The translations under genes and the position numbers were made by a program. Below the pieces are notes generated by a model. That model had not been told where the DNA came from, searched no databases, and was given only the letters and a program-made list of their open reading frames with translations. A stretch of 64,000 nucleotides of DNA from Balanoglossus misakiensis (lineage: Eukaryota; Animalia; Hemichordata), in contig CM082583.2 of the NCBI GenBank assembly GCA_040954595.2, positions 6,260,849 to 6,324,848 of the forward strand. Reading direction: 5' to 3'. Shown here piece by piece: positions 46,900 to 59,200 of the stretch (position 1 is its first letter; every line of letters starts with the position of its first letter).

Positions 46900-49800
46900 T
46901 CACGACTCCTCGTTCCCCGAATCTTCGTTATCATCATAAATATTATCGTCATCCTCATCGTCATCGTCATCATCATCAAGGTCATAATCATCATCATAAA
47001 AGTCAGCCATGTCCATTGAACTACTCTGTGGCGTTTGAATTTTAGTCTTAACACAGTAATCCTGTAAAGTTATAGGCACCTTCACACCATCCTTATCTGC
47101 GTCAGCCTTGGTGGCCGAAACCTGCTTCCTGTGGGTGGAAAAAAATGAGAGAGAAAAAATATGACAATGGACTCATCAGTTGAGATGCAGTTTATAATGA
47201 ATCATAAAGGACTCACATTATTACTGATGCATCAGAAACAGAAATGATGTTAGGTACTCTGACACTAATGATCACTGACACAAATATCCTTACGTCAATT
47301 ATTTTTAGTTCAGCCACATCAATACATGTAGATTTCTCAAGGTGATAACGAAGGATTCTACTTGAATTGGTCAGCCGTACTGGCAATAATCCAAACACCT
47401 TGCAGAAGGAAAACATTCCCCAATCTCATTCTGTATGTGGTTTTTGTTCTTGTGAATTTGTTTTTCAAATCTGCAATTGTTTTAGTGAATTGATGACATC
47501 ACATGTACTGGTTCTTCCTTTTGATCACAATTCTGATTTTTCGTGCATCACAGATTATGTCTTATTTTCCTACAAGAAAAATCTTCTCCTTAGGCACCCT
47601 TTTAAGTGGACACTGTCGTCATTAACGAATCTAACATCTGAGCTATTTATATAACACATTTGGCGGCAAGGCCACTGACTGTGATTCACAAGTGCACCTA
47701 GCCGCACCTACCCTATTGGATTTCTACCACGCCGGAAAAATTACACACAACAGACACAGAAACCCCTTACCTAATGATGTTTTCGTATTCGCAGTCTTTT
47801 CCTTTGGAGTCCTTCCATTTCCTAAACATAACTGAGGCGTCCACATTGGCTGGTGAAAATGTGTTGGGCTCGTTCAAAAGCGATATTACACTGAGCAAAA
47901 TCGTCCTACCAAAAAATACAAAACAAGTAACCAATACAATGTTAGAATATTATTGGGGGGCGGGAGGGATCTATCACTACTATCACACTGAGAAAAATAG
48001 CATGGGGAAAAATATATATATATAAAATATTTTCCCAACTGCCTTCTCGACTATGTATGCTTTCCAACATAAAGCAAAAATACATCAAAACTGTAAACTG
48101 CTAGGAAGGCCAAATCTATGCATGTTTATAACACTGTGAGCACAGATCACATATCTAGTGACGCACACATAAGACCAAAGGGAAGATTCTATACAGCAAA
48201 TAATGGAAAAGCTGACAGCTACCATACCATGCTTTCAATGGTGACCGTATGTACAGTGTATGTGCGTGCATGTATTCATTTTTGCAATTACAGAGCTTAC
48301 CTAATGGATGGCTGTGACATCACCATCAATACAAGGCCATCTCTATATGGCATTCCTTTTGAATTTTGCTGTGTTTAGGCCACAGTATTTTTTTAAACCA
48401 CTAGAGACCAGAATTTGTTTTTAAAATCAGTGAAACCCTGATTGCTACCAATTTACTAGAATTCACTCTATCCCCGTCTTCCTCCAGGATAAACGAAAGC
48501 TTGCATAATCTAATCAGTGTAAACTGATCACTGATTTTCTTTCTCTTCATTAATACACCACCATCTAGGTTATCAGGACAAAAAACAAATAAATTTTGTG
48601 ACGTTTACCTGACATTCTGTGTGGGATTCCACCTTTCTGAGGGCAACTCTCCGCTCTGTGGGTCGTCTACAGGTGGATGAAGAATTGATATGCATAGATC
48701 CCCATTCTAGATAGAAGGAGAGAAAAAACATAACAGAGAAAATTTTCAGAAAAATAATGCAATCAAAGCCTAGAAGAATGGGTTATTTTTTTCAAAATGG
48801 ACAACTGCCTCCTCCAACCTCCAAGCACAACAATCCTCCATTAAAGGGACAGATACACAATTCAGTTAATTTTTTGTTTATACAATGTATATAGTAACAG
48901 GCTATCCTGCAAATGATCTTTTGTGCCCCGAGCACAGTACATGTATTTGCCCTTTTAACTACACAGCTGATTTCCAAAAAGTTGGAGTCCAATGTTACAT
49001 GTATCTCTGAAAAGGCTTTGCCATTTGTTTAGCAAAGAAAGTCCTGGTCTTACCTCATAAACATTTGGATGCCACATTTTGGATATAAATCTGAAAGTCG
49101 GGGGAGAATATGGATACTCCTGGGGAAATTTCATCCTCGCCTGGAAATAAAACAAGAGAATTACATCCATTATGATTGTATACATGTATGTGTGACAGTG
49201 TATACCATGCATCATTCATCACAATTAGGGGTACTTTATTGCTGCTTTTATTGAACACTCATCACTGGATGTTGGACCAATGCAATCACAGTGAGGTTTG
49301 CGTGTATGCTGACGGGCAATTTCATATTTTCTGGTATCCACATGAACACAGATTCCTAGAAATATAAAAGTTTATATGCAACTGTATATCAAGCAATACT
49401 GTGTTGTGTTTTGAATCAGTTTTGTGGCAATTATGACAGCGCTCTGGTCCAGACAAAATTTGACCCTCAGCTACATGTACAAGGACTCCCTAGGCTACTA
49501 GAAATATGAAAATACAAAATACGCAGAAGTAATATCTTATATAATGTTGCATTGACCATGTCTCTAGTTTCCAGATTACTAGGAAGCAAACAATTGAAAT
49601 AAATCAACATTCACCTTGAGTTAACAGGAAATTGTATATAACGAAGGTCATATGTCAATGGTAATATTTAAATTTAGTATAAGTGTATCATACATGTGCG
49701 TTTGTATGTACCATTTAACTCCACCAGAACACTGTCTGAAAAACATTAACTAATGCAGTATGATTGCCTGAAATATTAACATAACACCAAACTTACTGAG

Positions 49801-52249
49801 TAGCATTGTCAGAATGAATATTAATTTATTACAAATGAATTGTGTACATGTTCTCGTGTCGTGAAACCCGGTTCAACTATAGGGTACACAGGGTTCATGC
49901 ACTTTGTGTATACTATACTCGCATCTTTATGTATTGTGGCTCATGTAAATGCGACTCAACAATCAAAATGGCGAAACTAGCACACGTTCACTGTATGTCT
50001 AGATTTCACCCGTGTACAAATGTACGTCTTTCTAGACGTTGCCAATGTAAGTCCTTGGCAACACAGTTGCCTTATATCCTTCTGACATCAAATGGAACAT
50101 TTAAGCTGGACAGGCTGGGGCAGCTGGCTGTACATGTAGGTGCCTCGTACAGTACAGCAATCTCACTTGGCCGTTAATGTTTAGGGAACATGCATATCAT
50201 ATCAGTATGCATGAGATTCAGTGTTGTATAGAGTAGCCAACTTATCACTTGGCATTTCGGATATGTTTTTTATGATTCAATAAAGATTAACTAATTCCAC
50301 TGTTCCCCACCTCTTATTTGTACCAACCAATTTTATCTTTTGCTAAATGAGAATGTTTGCCTTGGCGCGGTTTATGTTAGTGCTTGCCAAGTCTAGGAGG
50401 TATGTGATCACATGGCTCACCAGATCACACCAATCTTAACATGTTCACTCCAGTCATGTTTTATTGAAAATTTGCTGCAACCCACTTTGATTAGCATTTC
50501 TAAATTTGAACTACAGAGTACTTAAGTTGTTCCAGGGGAGAGCTGTAAACTGTAATGCTTTTATTTTGTTCTGGTGACAGGTTGACAGAGCACAAGGTGA
50601 AAAGGTTAAGCATGTGACACTGGCTGATAATGTTGTCACCATTTATAACTAACCACTCAAATCAAAATGCATGCCACCATTGCGACATATTCCCCCAACT
50701 TGGTTCTTTTGTCCTGTACACCCATATTTTTAAAATCCATTAATTAAGCCAATTCGGCCTCTCCAGAATGTAAGATGTACACATTAAGTGTTCACACACA
50801 CCCATACGGCAATACTTGCTGCATCCAGCATTAGTAGAATGGGTGACAGAAGGCACCCTATGTGCACCTCCTGCTGTTCGGCTCAATCTGGAGAATACAA
50901 TGTCACAAAATAGTATACCCAGCATATGCATCAATACAGGAAGTCTTATTATGTGCTTTTAGCAATCATAATGGCCTAGGCTACCAGTCCACTGCACCAA
51001 AATAATTTCAACATCAAAATGGTACCAGAGTTTTACATGGTAAATGAAATGTTGTTGATAACAAATTTATTCCATCTCCAAATGTTCATTACATAATATT
51101 TACATACTATTCTAATTAAAATTACTTGTTTCCAATTCAATCTATTATTTGATCATGTCATTTTTTATTTTCTTCTTTTTTGTGCTGTGTTACACTTACA
51201 GTCATTTAATTTTACGACCCAGTGACAGCTATAAAGACAATATAATCTTTATGCTCAGAAATATATGGTGCAAGTGTCCTTGAATTTAAAAACAACCTGA
51301 TTCCACCTTTCATGGCCACATCTGTATACCACAATTGCTATTCAGTAAGATTTATGAAATGTGTACGTTATGATCTTTCTTGTGTAAGACCGACAACCCC
51401 CTCCCTGCTTTATTCTACAGAGAGAACAATTTCTGCTATGATCTGTGATTCAGCAATTGAGTGTGATTATGAGCAGTTTTACTGCGGTGTTTGGCACTTG
51501 CCGAAGAATGAGATGTGGAATATGCAGTTTTCACAAATATTGAAGATCTGAAATATTATTAGTATAGACATCACTGCACTCCATCTATCAGTACTTGACT
51601 TAAACACGTAATAAAGACATCTCATTGAATCATACACCGAAAACCTGCGCTATTGTTAAACTGTATTATTGTATTGTAAATAAAGTAACTTTAAAAGGTC
51701 GACTCGCTCTTTGTTGTGACGACACTTACCTTGGGCACGGCCTTGTTTTGTTTTTTAATGCGGCGGCAGTCTGTGCCGCTTTGGTGAAAGATGGACACGG
51801 TTTAATTTGATCGGGATATAAATTCACAGCTGTTCTGAGCAGAAGTTGGACGTTTCAGACGGGGAAAACGCCTGATAAACAAAGGATCGCTTCGGCGTAC
51901 AATCACCAGGAACAATGACTCACATTTTGGCACGGACATGAATAATCGGCTAATTCCATCGCACAACACATTTGGTTGGATTCATATTTTGCGGCGACGG
52001 TTGAAACGTTCCAGTTATTAATAAATCATATTTGTGAATTACGAAGGGGAAAAAGTTAACCGAAACAATTACCTTAAAATATCCTCCCTGATAAAGCGTT
52101 TCTGGTGGACCGAAAATAGCTACTTCCCATTCAAATAAGCTGCTCTCGTTCAACAGCGACACTCTGAAACCTTCGACTGGTTCTTCTTGTAAATTCTTTA
52201 GTTCCAAGCTTAGCGCTCTCACGGCGCTAGTCATAGGGTTCGAGGCCAT
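46900..52249 (-). CDS. UBE2R2: Ubiquitin-conjugating enzyme E2 R (CDC34/UBE2R1/UBE2R2 family)
   Basis: Exons 52073-52249, 49054-49140, 48609-48706, 47771-47905, 46900-47128. Motifs [18 protein letters not shown] and MWHPNVYE, the catalytic [11 protein letters not shown] with the Cdc34 acidic loop [18 protein letters not shown], and an acidic tail ending DSGNEES. Confidence 0.96.
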
Positions 52250-52361
52250 ACTCGTCTCTGAATCTGTGTTCTTGTAACAGTCTTAAAGAAAAATGTCGAA
52301 CCTTTAAACGCGAAAAAAATACGGAGATCTAGGAAGCCGTACCTTCCTCTTTATGTTTTCG

Positions 52362-52394
52362 AACCAATATGGCGGATTTATGCAGTGACGTCAC
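52362..52394. promoter_or_regulatory. CDC34/UBE2R promoter motifs: YY1-like AATATGGCGG and perfect CRE palindrome GTGACGTCAC
   Basis: AATATGGCGG at 52366-52375 and GTGACGTCAC at 52385-52394, 115-145 bp upstream of the ATG. Confidence 0.55.
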
Positions 52395-54124
52395 AATTAT
52401 AAACAGTGACCCTTCGTGACCACCTAAGTTATCCATTAATCACCGATGGTTGCTTAGCTCACAAGAGACAAGGCAAAGCAATTACTATCGACGCGATCTA
52501 CATTATACATATCAGGCTGCACAGATAAATCACTCATTTCCAGCAATCTCAGCTCAGTAGGTGTCAATAAGGCGAGAATTTTAAAAGCCATGTATTGTTT
52601 TGCCAAGGAAAGTGATCGAGAAAACTCACGAAGGAGGAGAGGCTTAACTTCCGGGAAATGCCCGGTGGTCACAACAGAAAATGACGTAAGCGACGACCCT
52701 CCCTTTGGAGATGATTCACCCATTTCAAAGAAAAGTGGACGGTTTGCGGTCTTTCACCCATCGAGGATGTTGTGTCAGCAGTCTGAATTCATGTAAGCCT
52801 GCTGGAAAGGGGGAGGGGTATAGCTGATGATTCAAGAAGAAGTATCTTCCACGAGACTGGATGTGGAACATACATACACATGCATTTATATAACAAAAAT
52901 CACTGCAAAAAAGGTCTAATACATCTCTATGTAAGTTGCATGGAAATAATACTGACCGGCGGAGACAGGGCTTTCACCAAAAGTACAGCTTTTATGGGAA
53001 TGTTTTTCTCATGTAGCTACAATAACAAGTCATTCTGCAATAAACATGAAAGCTTGGAGATCGCGAATAGTGTATACATACTAGCTGCAGCATATCATGC
53101 ATTACAGTGCCACAATTAAAGGATCTGACAAAACCGGAGAAAATATCCGGCTTGGATTGTTTCTACAAGGTTTCCGATTGAAAACGACAGTTCGCATTTT
53201 TCTCAGTTCTGTCGGTGATGGCGTCATTCCCCACAAGAACCCCCCCCCCCCCCCTGTCAAACCCTGTTGTCAACCTGGCCACATGAAAGCTACATGTAGG
53301 TTACAGAACACGAGTTCCATAATAACACTTTATTTTACAGTAAAAAAACAAATACCACATACATCACGGAATGATGGCGTGCGAAAACTGTAACTTACGA
53401 AGTAAATGTTAAATACCAGCTTAAACAAAACCTAGAAAAGCTAAATATCATACTGAACTGCTAGCGAATGTTCTTTACATTTTGTTTATTTGAACACAAG
53501 AACAAGGCTTTGCTGTGACTACAAAACTCCACACAGCTGTTTCAACATATAGAGGGAAAAAAAATACTAGCTACATTAAGTTTTTGACCATGTTAATGTA
53601 TATGAATATCTCAAATACTATGCTTGAAAAACATGACGGCAGCTATACTTTTAAACTCCATGAGCTGTAACTTTTTCCTGTGATCTTATTCCAGGTGTAA
53701 CCTGCACAGTCTAGTTCAATTGCCTATTTAAAGCATGATAAAATGGCCATAATCAATTGTCCAAATTTATAGCTACCTTTAAAGAAACAAATGAAGAACA
53801 TGATTAACGCAGAATTATCCACAAGAAACTATTTTCTACGACTGTCAAAATGACTTTGGAACTTTCTATGATTGGGTTAAGATTGCCTTTATCAATTTAA
53901 ACTATCCTGAACTAAGTATTTCGGCAAGTTTGGCACATGATTTGGCACTTCTGAATATTGAACGAAAACAATCAAAAAAGCATACTAAACTCATTCAACT
54001 TTTTTCACATTTTGTTATTTTTGTCTGTTACAAAGTTTCAGAATGACCCGGTATCACTTTAGCTAATATGAACTTCAATTTCTTAGACATGGCAAACATC
54101 GGCGGCCATCTTGAAGTTGTGTCG

Positions 54125-54186
54125 ACCATATGAGATTTTTCATCACTCACCTAGGTAGCAAAAACCTATTTAAGGTAGCAAGAATT
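54125..54186 (+). repeat. Dispersed ~61-bp repeat, copy 2 (probably part of a longer DNA-transposon remnant extending upstream)
   Basis: Near-identical to 17714-17774; preceded by cggcggccatcttg. Confidence 0.8.
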
Positions 54187-55241
54187 CTCGTGATTTGTAC
54201 TACAGGTTTGGATATTATGTCACTTAAAGTTCACACAGGAAGTTATGTAACTCCTGTGAACTGAACATAGGCAGTGGTGGTCACTACAGACACCCCACTC
54301 ACCGCAACGATGTTACCTCTTTTAGAATTGTTTTTTAAAGTTAACTTTGCGTATTTTGTTCACGTAGGTCTTGTCTGCACCTATGACAAGGTTGAAAAAA
54401 CTGCCACCTTGTCAATTGCAACTTTTGCATTTTTGTATCAAACTTTAAAGTCTCGTACATGAACAGATACAATACTCAAAAAGTGAAAACCATAAGTTTC
54501 CCCCGTTAAACTAGTAACACAACAAGATAGTCAATTCTAGAAATTTAACAACTGTTTAACGATGAATGTTACCAAATCCAGTTTACAACAAAATGTTGGG
54601 AAGACATGGTTGTCGCCAATTGTACCTGTGTGTGTACATGACACTGGGGTTTGTAATGCATATGATGGACAGTACTCTTTTCGTGTTAATGCAGTACTGA
54701 TGGAAAAACGCTGGAGGAATAACTTTGTGAATGTTACAAAAAAGGCATAAACGTGAGATAGTGAAACTGCTCACATCCTGTACTGCTATTCAGAATTAAA
54801 CGATCTACTCTGTAAGAGATCAAGAGCCCTGGCTACGTGATGCACTTGTACACGTACCACCCACACCCAAGCAAAAAAAGTTTACATTATTACAAGTTTT
54901 GTTGTGGACCACGGTAACACAACACACTGTATGGAATAAACAGTAACGATTAGCAATATCATTGTTCGACAACCATATATGGAAGGTGTACATCAGGTCC
55001 GGTATCTGAAAATATTCATACAATACCGTGAGTAGTCCAAATCTTTAACTACTTAGCATGTATCTGATTTCTGAATGCAGACCTGTGCACTTCACAACAG
55101 AAATAGAAAAACTAATTTGGAACTGATGACATGTCAGGGTGAGTCACCAATCAATAAACAATGCAACATGCAACAGTTCAACACTGAAGAAACAACTATT
55201 CTATCTGGTTAAGAACCAGTGGAAGTCTTTACACAATAGAG

Positions 55242-55556
55242 TTAAAGCGCGTAGCTCGTCTCACGCGCATGCGCGTAACTTCCCAGCAAGTTTTCCGCTC
55301 GATGCATTCAAACAGTGGACTGCCTTCTTCGCTTCCTTCCATATTTCATGCGCACCGTATAAGTAGATTCTGGTTTTGTCCCTCCTTTTCACCCAAGCTA
55401 GTGTCTTTTCCCGATCTCCGACACAGATTATGGTCGCCGCCATCTTCTCTGTTGTTAGGACAGAGCACTGCCTTATGGGATTGACTGTTCGCTAAGGGTC
55501 TCTGTAACCAGCGGCTACAGTTGGAACATGCGTGCGAGACGAGCTACGCGCTTTAA
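55242..55556. mobile_element. 307-bp non-autonomous TTAA element (55246-55552), Kolobok-like MITE
   Basis: TTAA-AGCGCGTAGCTCGTCTCacgcgcatg...catgcgtgcGAGACGAGCTACGCGCT-TTAA. The ~26-bp TIR has 2 mismatches, with AG...CT termini and a TTAA TSD as described for Kolobok. Confidence 0.85.
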
Positions 55557-56233
55557 CCGGTGATTAATGAAAACAAAACAAAACTTGGCAAGGCACGCAG
55601 CAACATAAGTAGTGTCTTGAAATCAACTATCTCCCTACTGAAGACATCAGAAGTATACAATAACATACATGAGAAACATCTACCACTTTCAATTAAAATA
55701 ACAAAAAACCTCTCAATTAAAATAGGACTACAATCTAAAGGAATGCAACACTGCTACTGTTACTGCATAGATTTCGTTTACATAATAATAAATATAAATA
55801 TATATATATATATAATATTGTGGTTATAAAGTTGGGCTTCAAGTAGTAACTAAATACTATCTTTTGGAGTTGTTTTGGGGGCTACGGCATAGGCTTTGAA
55901 CATTTGGGGAACTGTCTATGGAAGAGACAAAAAGGGTAGCACACATAAACAACAACAGCTGAACACGTCCCACTCGAGTCTGCTGCACTTCTAAGTTCCA
56001 GTTATGGAATCCAGCAGATCTCCTTCTTCGAGTGAAAGAAGTAAAACTATGTATGTTGTGACATAGCTGATGCACAGTACATCTTTTGACACTGCCAAAA
56101 ATAAACAAATATAACACCGTGAACGCACTCTCAGCCCTTCGACCAGGCTGAACGTATCATTTCCCGTGAACCTACAGGACACCAAGCTTCTTCATATGCC
56201 CTGTCTAGTTCACTCGGTCGGTCAAATGCAAAA

Positions 56234-59200
56234 CTAACGCTTCCCCTGGGAATTCGCTCTCTTCTTCAGCCTTCTTGATCTTTCAATGTGAGCTGAAGGA
56301 CAAAATACAAAAAGCACACAGTTAGTCATGGAAAGTTTAAAATTACATCTGCCTCTGCTCTAATTTTGCATGTTTAAGTGTCATAGACAATATGGACTGT
56401 TGATTTCTAGCAACTGGCAGATAAACATATATATACAGTTCAAGTGAAAAGAGCAATTTTACAATTAAAAGGGTAGCCCTGCACACTTACCAGAGCACTT
56501 CATAATGGTTTCTTGCAGTAGATCATGGAACTTGACCTTGCCAAGACCAGGTACGTCAGTCTGCAGAGAGGACTTGTTGACAACAGGCTGCACATTTGCA
56601 GCCCTGTTGACAACATTCTTGAAGGTATTAGTTCCGATAGTGTGAGTGGGTCCCGGTTTCTTTCCGTCGGCAGGTTGCCAGTTTGTGTGGACAAGTTGCT
56701 CTGCTCTGGTAACTGCTGTTGCACTGTTAGTGTTACTGTTGGTGCACACACTTGGAGGAGGCATTGGAGAATTCACAAAACCCTCATGTACCCCTGGAAC
56801 TGCAAACTGACGTGTGTGCCCAGTCACTGGCAGAATCTGATCAGTCACTCTCCTGAGCTGCTGCAGTGTACTCAACCCGGTTTGGCCGTCCTCGGCAGAC
56901 CTCGGTGGGAGCATACTTGTCGCGTATGATGGCGTGGGGAGACCGGCAGGCGACCGAGACACAACTCCCGCTGTGCTGTGTGCAACAGCCTGGCGGGACA
57001 GTATATTCTGTTTTGTGGACTGGCGCAGCATCGCGGAAGTACTGTCGGACATGTTGGCTGGGCTGGTGGCACTGGCGTTGACGCCCGGGTTGGCTAACGC
57101 ACCCAGGTGTTGAAATTCCTCGGGTGGACGGTTGTTGCTTTCGTTGGCCGGTGCTGAAACGCTTTGCACTGCACTGGAGAGTGACCACACTGATTCAATT
57201 CTTGGTCCTGTATAGCGCGTTGGGTCACAGGCACTTTCTGATCCAGTGTCTGTCTGCTTCTTGTAGATTCCGTCATTAACAGGTATATTTCTCTCCGGGG
57301 CTACATTTACAGATTGGTCAGCAGTACCACTAGTCGTACTATGATACGGCAAGGTTATATCCCCCTGTTTGCCTTCCTTGAACATGTCACGCAATGAGCA
57401 AACAAAATCGATCTTTAACCCAGAATGACTGCTGTCACTAGGTGGTGCTACAGCCGCGTTGGATTTCAGTGAAGCGGAGGTCGAGGACTCGAATGCTCTT
57501 GTGTTTTCTGACTGAGGTTGCGTGTTGTTTGAGTAGCTTTCACGGGGCTCGCTGACGACACGAGGTTCAAAGCCTTGCAGTCCATCTGCGGGGGGACGCT
57601 GTCCTGCTTCTCTGTGCTTCGTTGTTCCACCTGGCCTTGTCACCGCAGACTGTTCGACTGCATTGCTTACTCGTGGCAGTGTTGGAGCTTCATGGCTCGG
57701 CACAGCGCCCTGGGTAGACCCGTCAGCAGACGGACCCTCACCACTCCCTGTACTAGCCGCTCTCCCGTTGGCCTTGCATCTTGACACAACTTCTGCGGTG
57801 CTCCTGCTCGCTCTCGAGTCATCGTACTCCTGCAGAAGTTTGCACAGGACCGGATTTTCTCTGGTCAAAGAACAGATTCGGTTCTGATGCGCACTTGTAG
57901 TGACGGTACTGGCAGCTGACCTTGACGTTCCTTGCCCTTGGCGGGTGGTGGACTCGCTGGCACCACCAATGCTTGTTGCATGAGAATCGACTCTGGTGGG
58001 TTCAAGTACACTGCCACAAACTTGGCCGCCGGATCCTGGAACCATTGGGGACAAAGAGCACACGAAGTCAATTTTAATCCCCGACTCGGACGGTTTTTGC
58101 TGCACTGAGGCCTCGCTGTGGGGACGATAGGGGAGAGGGGGAGCCCTTCCCGCATGACTGACAACCCCATCCGACGAGTGTCTTTTCCTGTTCTGTTGCG
58201 CTGGTTCACTGTATTGCCGATTTGCGCCACAGTTGCCCTGGTTGCCGCCTACTCTGGTGGCTGGACTGATCTGTTGATCAGGGTTCCCTGCATTACCAGG
58301 CCCGCTGGTGCAGGTGTGGTGAACTGTGTAGGTGCTGCGCCGATCCTGGTACACAGCGCTTTCCCTCGCGGAAGAAGTTGGATGTCTCGGATTGGGGGCG
58401 TGCGCCCTGTGCTGCCACCGGCTGTCGGTCGGATACTGCGCAAACTGATGCCCGTATCTGATGGTGTTGTACGTATTACCCTGCCACGCTGGGGCCACAT
58501 TATCCGCAGTCGTTGGCGGAAGTTGTCGTCTATAACCATACACCTGCCCGGTTGGAGCATTGAGACTTCCCGGTGGTGGCGGTGGTGGTGGTGGCCTGGG
58601 AATGTTGCCGTAAGGGTTGCCGAACGGATGATGCATCCTGTAAACATGTTGGGGATTGTAGTTTCCAGGTTGACCGGGTGCTGCAGATGCAGGGCTGAGT
58701 AACTCGCCAGTCTGGGCATCGAACGGACCTACAAGAATCATCGGCGGCTGATGATTATACGGGGGTCGTTCCCGGAAGGCTTCGTGCTGCGGCCAGGGTT
58801 GATTGGGCAAAGTTGGATGCGGCGGCGGAGCTCGGTACCCACTGGGTGCCACGGCGGCCGGATGCTGCGACGGAAGAGGAAACCAGGGATGATTCCCACC
58901 GGGGAAGCCGCGTTGGAGCCTGGGAAACATTCCTGGAGGAGGCACCGGGGGGCGAAATCCTGCCTGTAAACGACCCCCCTGCAACTCGTCAGCCGGTCTC
59001 CGTACGGCGTGCTGCTGCAGGGCACTCTTGTGGTGGTTCTGCCCTTGACCTTGACTCTGGCCGTGATCGACCAGTGGCCTCCAAACGCTGGCCTGCTGCT
59101 CTCTGTAGTTGTGATCGGTCAGTGTCGCACCAGGATTCGGTGGCCAGCTTCTGCCGAGTCCGTCCCCCTGCTGTGGTTGTGGTGGAACAGTCCTTGCCAT

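Noticed and set aside
46515-47054. 176-, 117- and 89-aa ORFs with His-, Ile- or Met-rich runs
   Set aside because: These are antisense and off-frame shadows of the GAT/GAC-rich acidic tail of CDC34/UBE2R.
52454-52796. Small overlapping ORFs upstream of CDC34 as a divergent gene
   Set aside because: No recognisable protein motifs and no downstream exons could be linked. A non-coding divergent transcript cannot be excluded.
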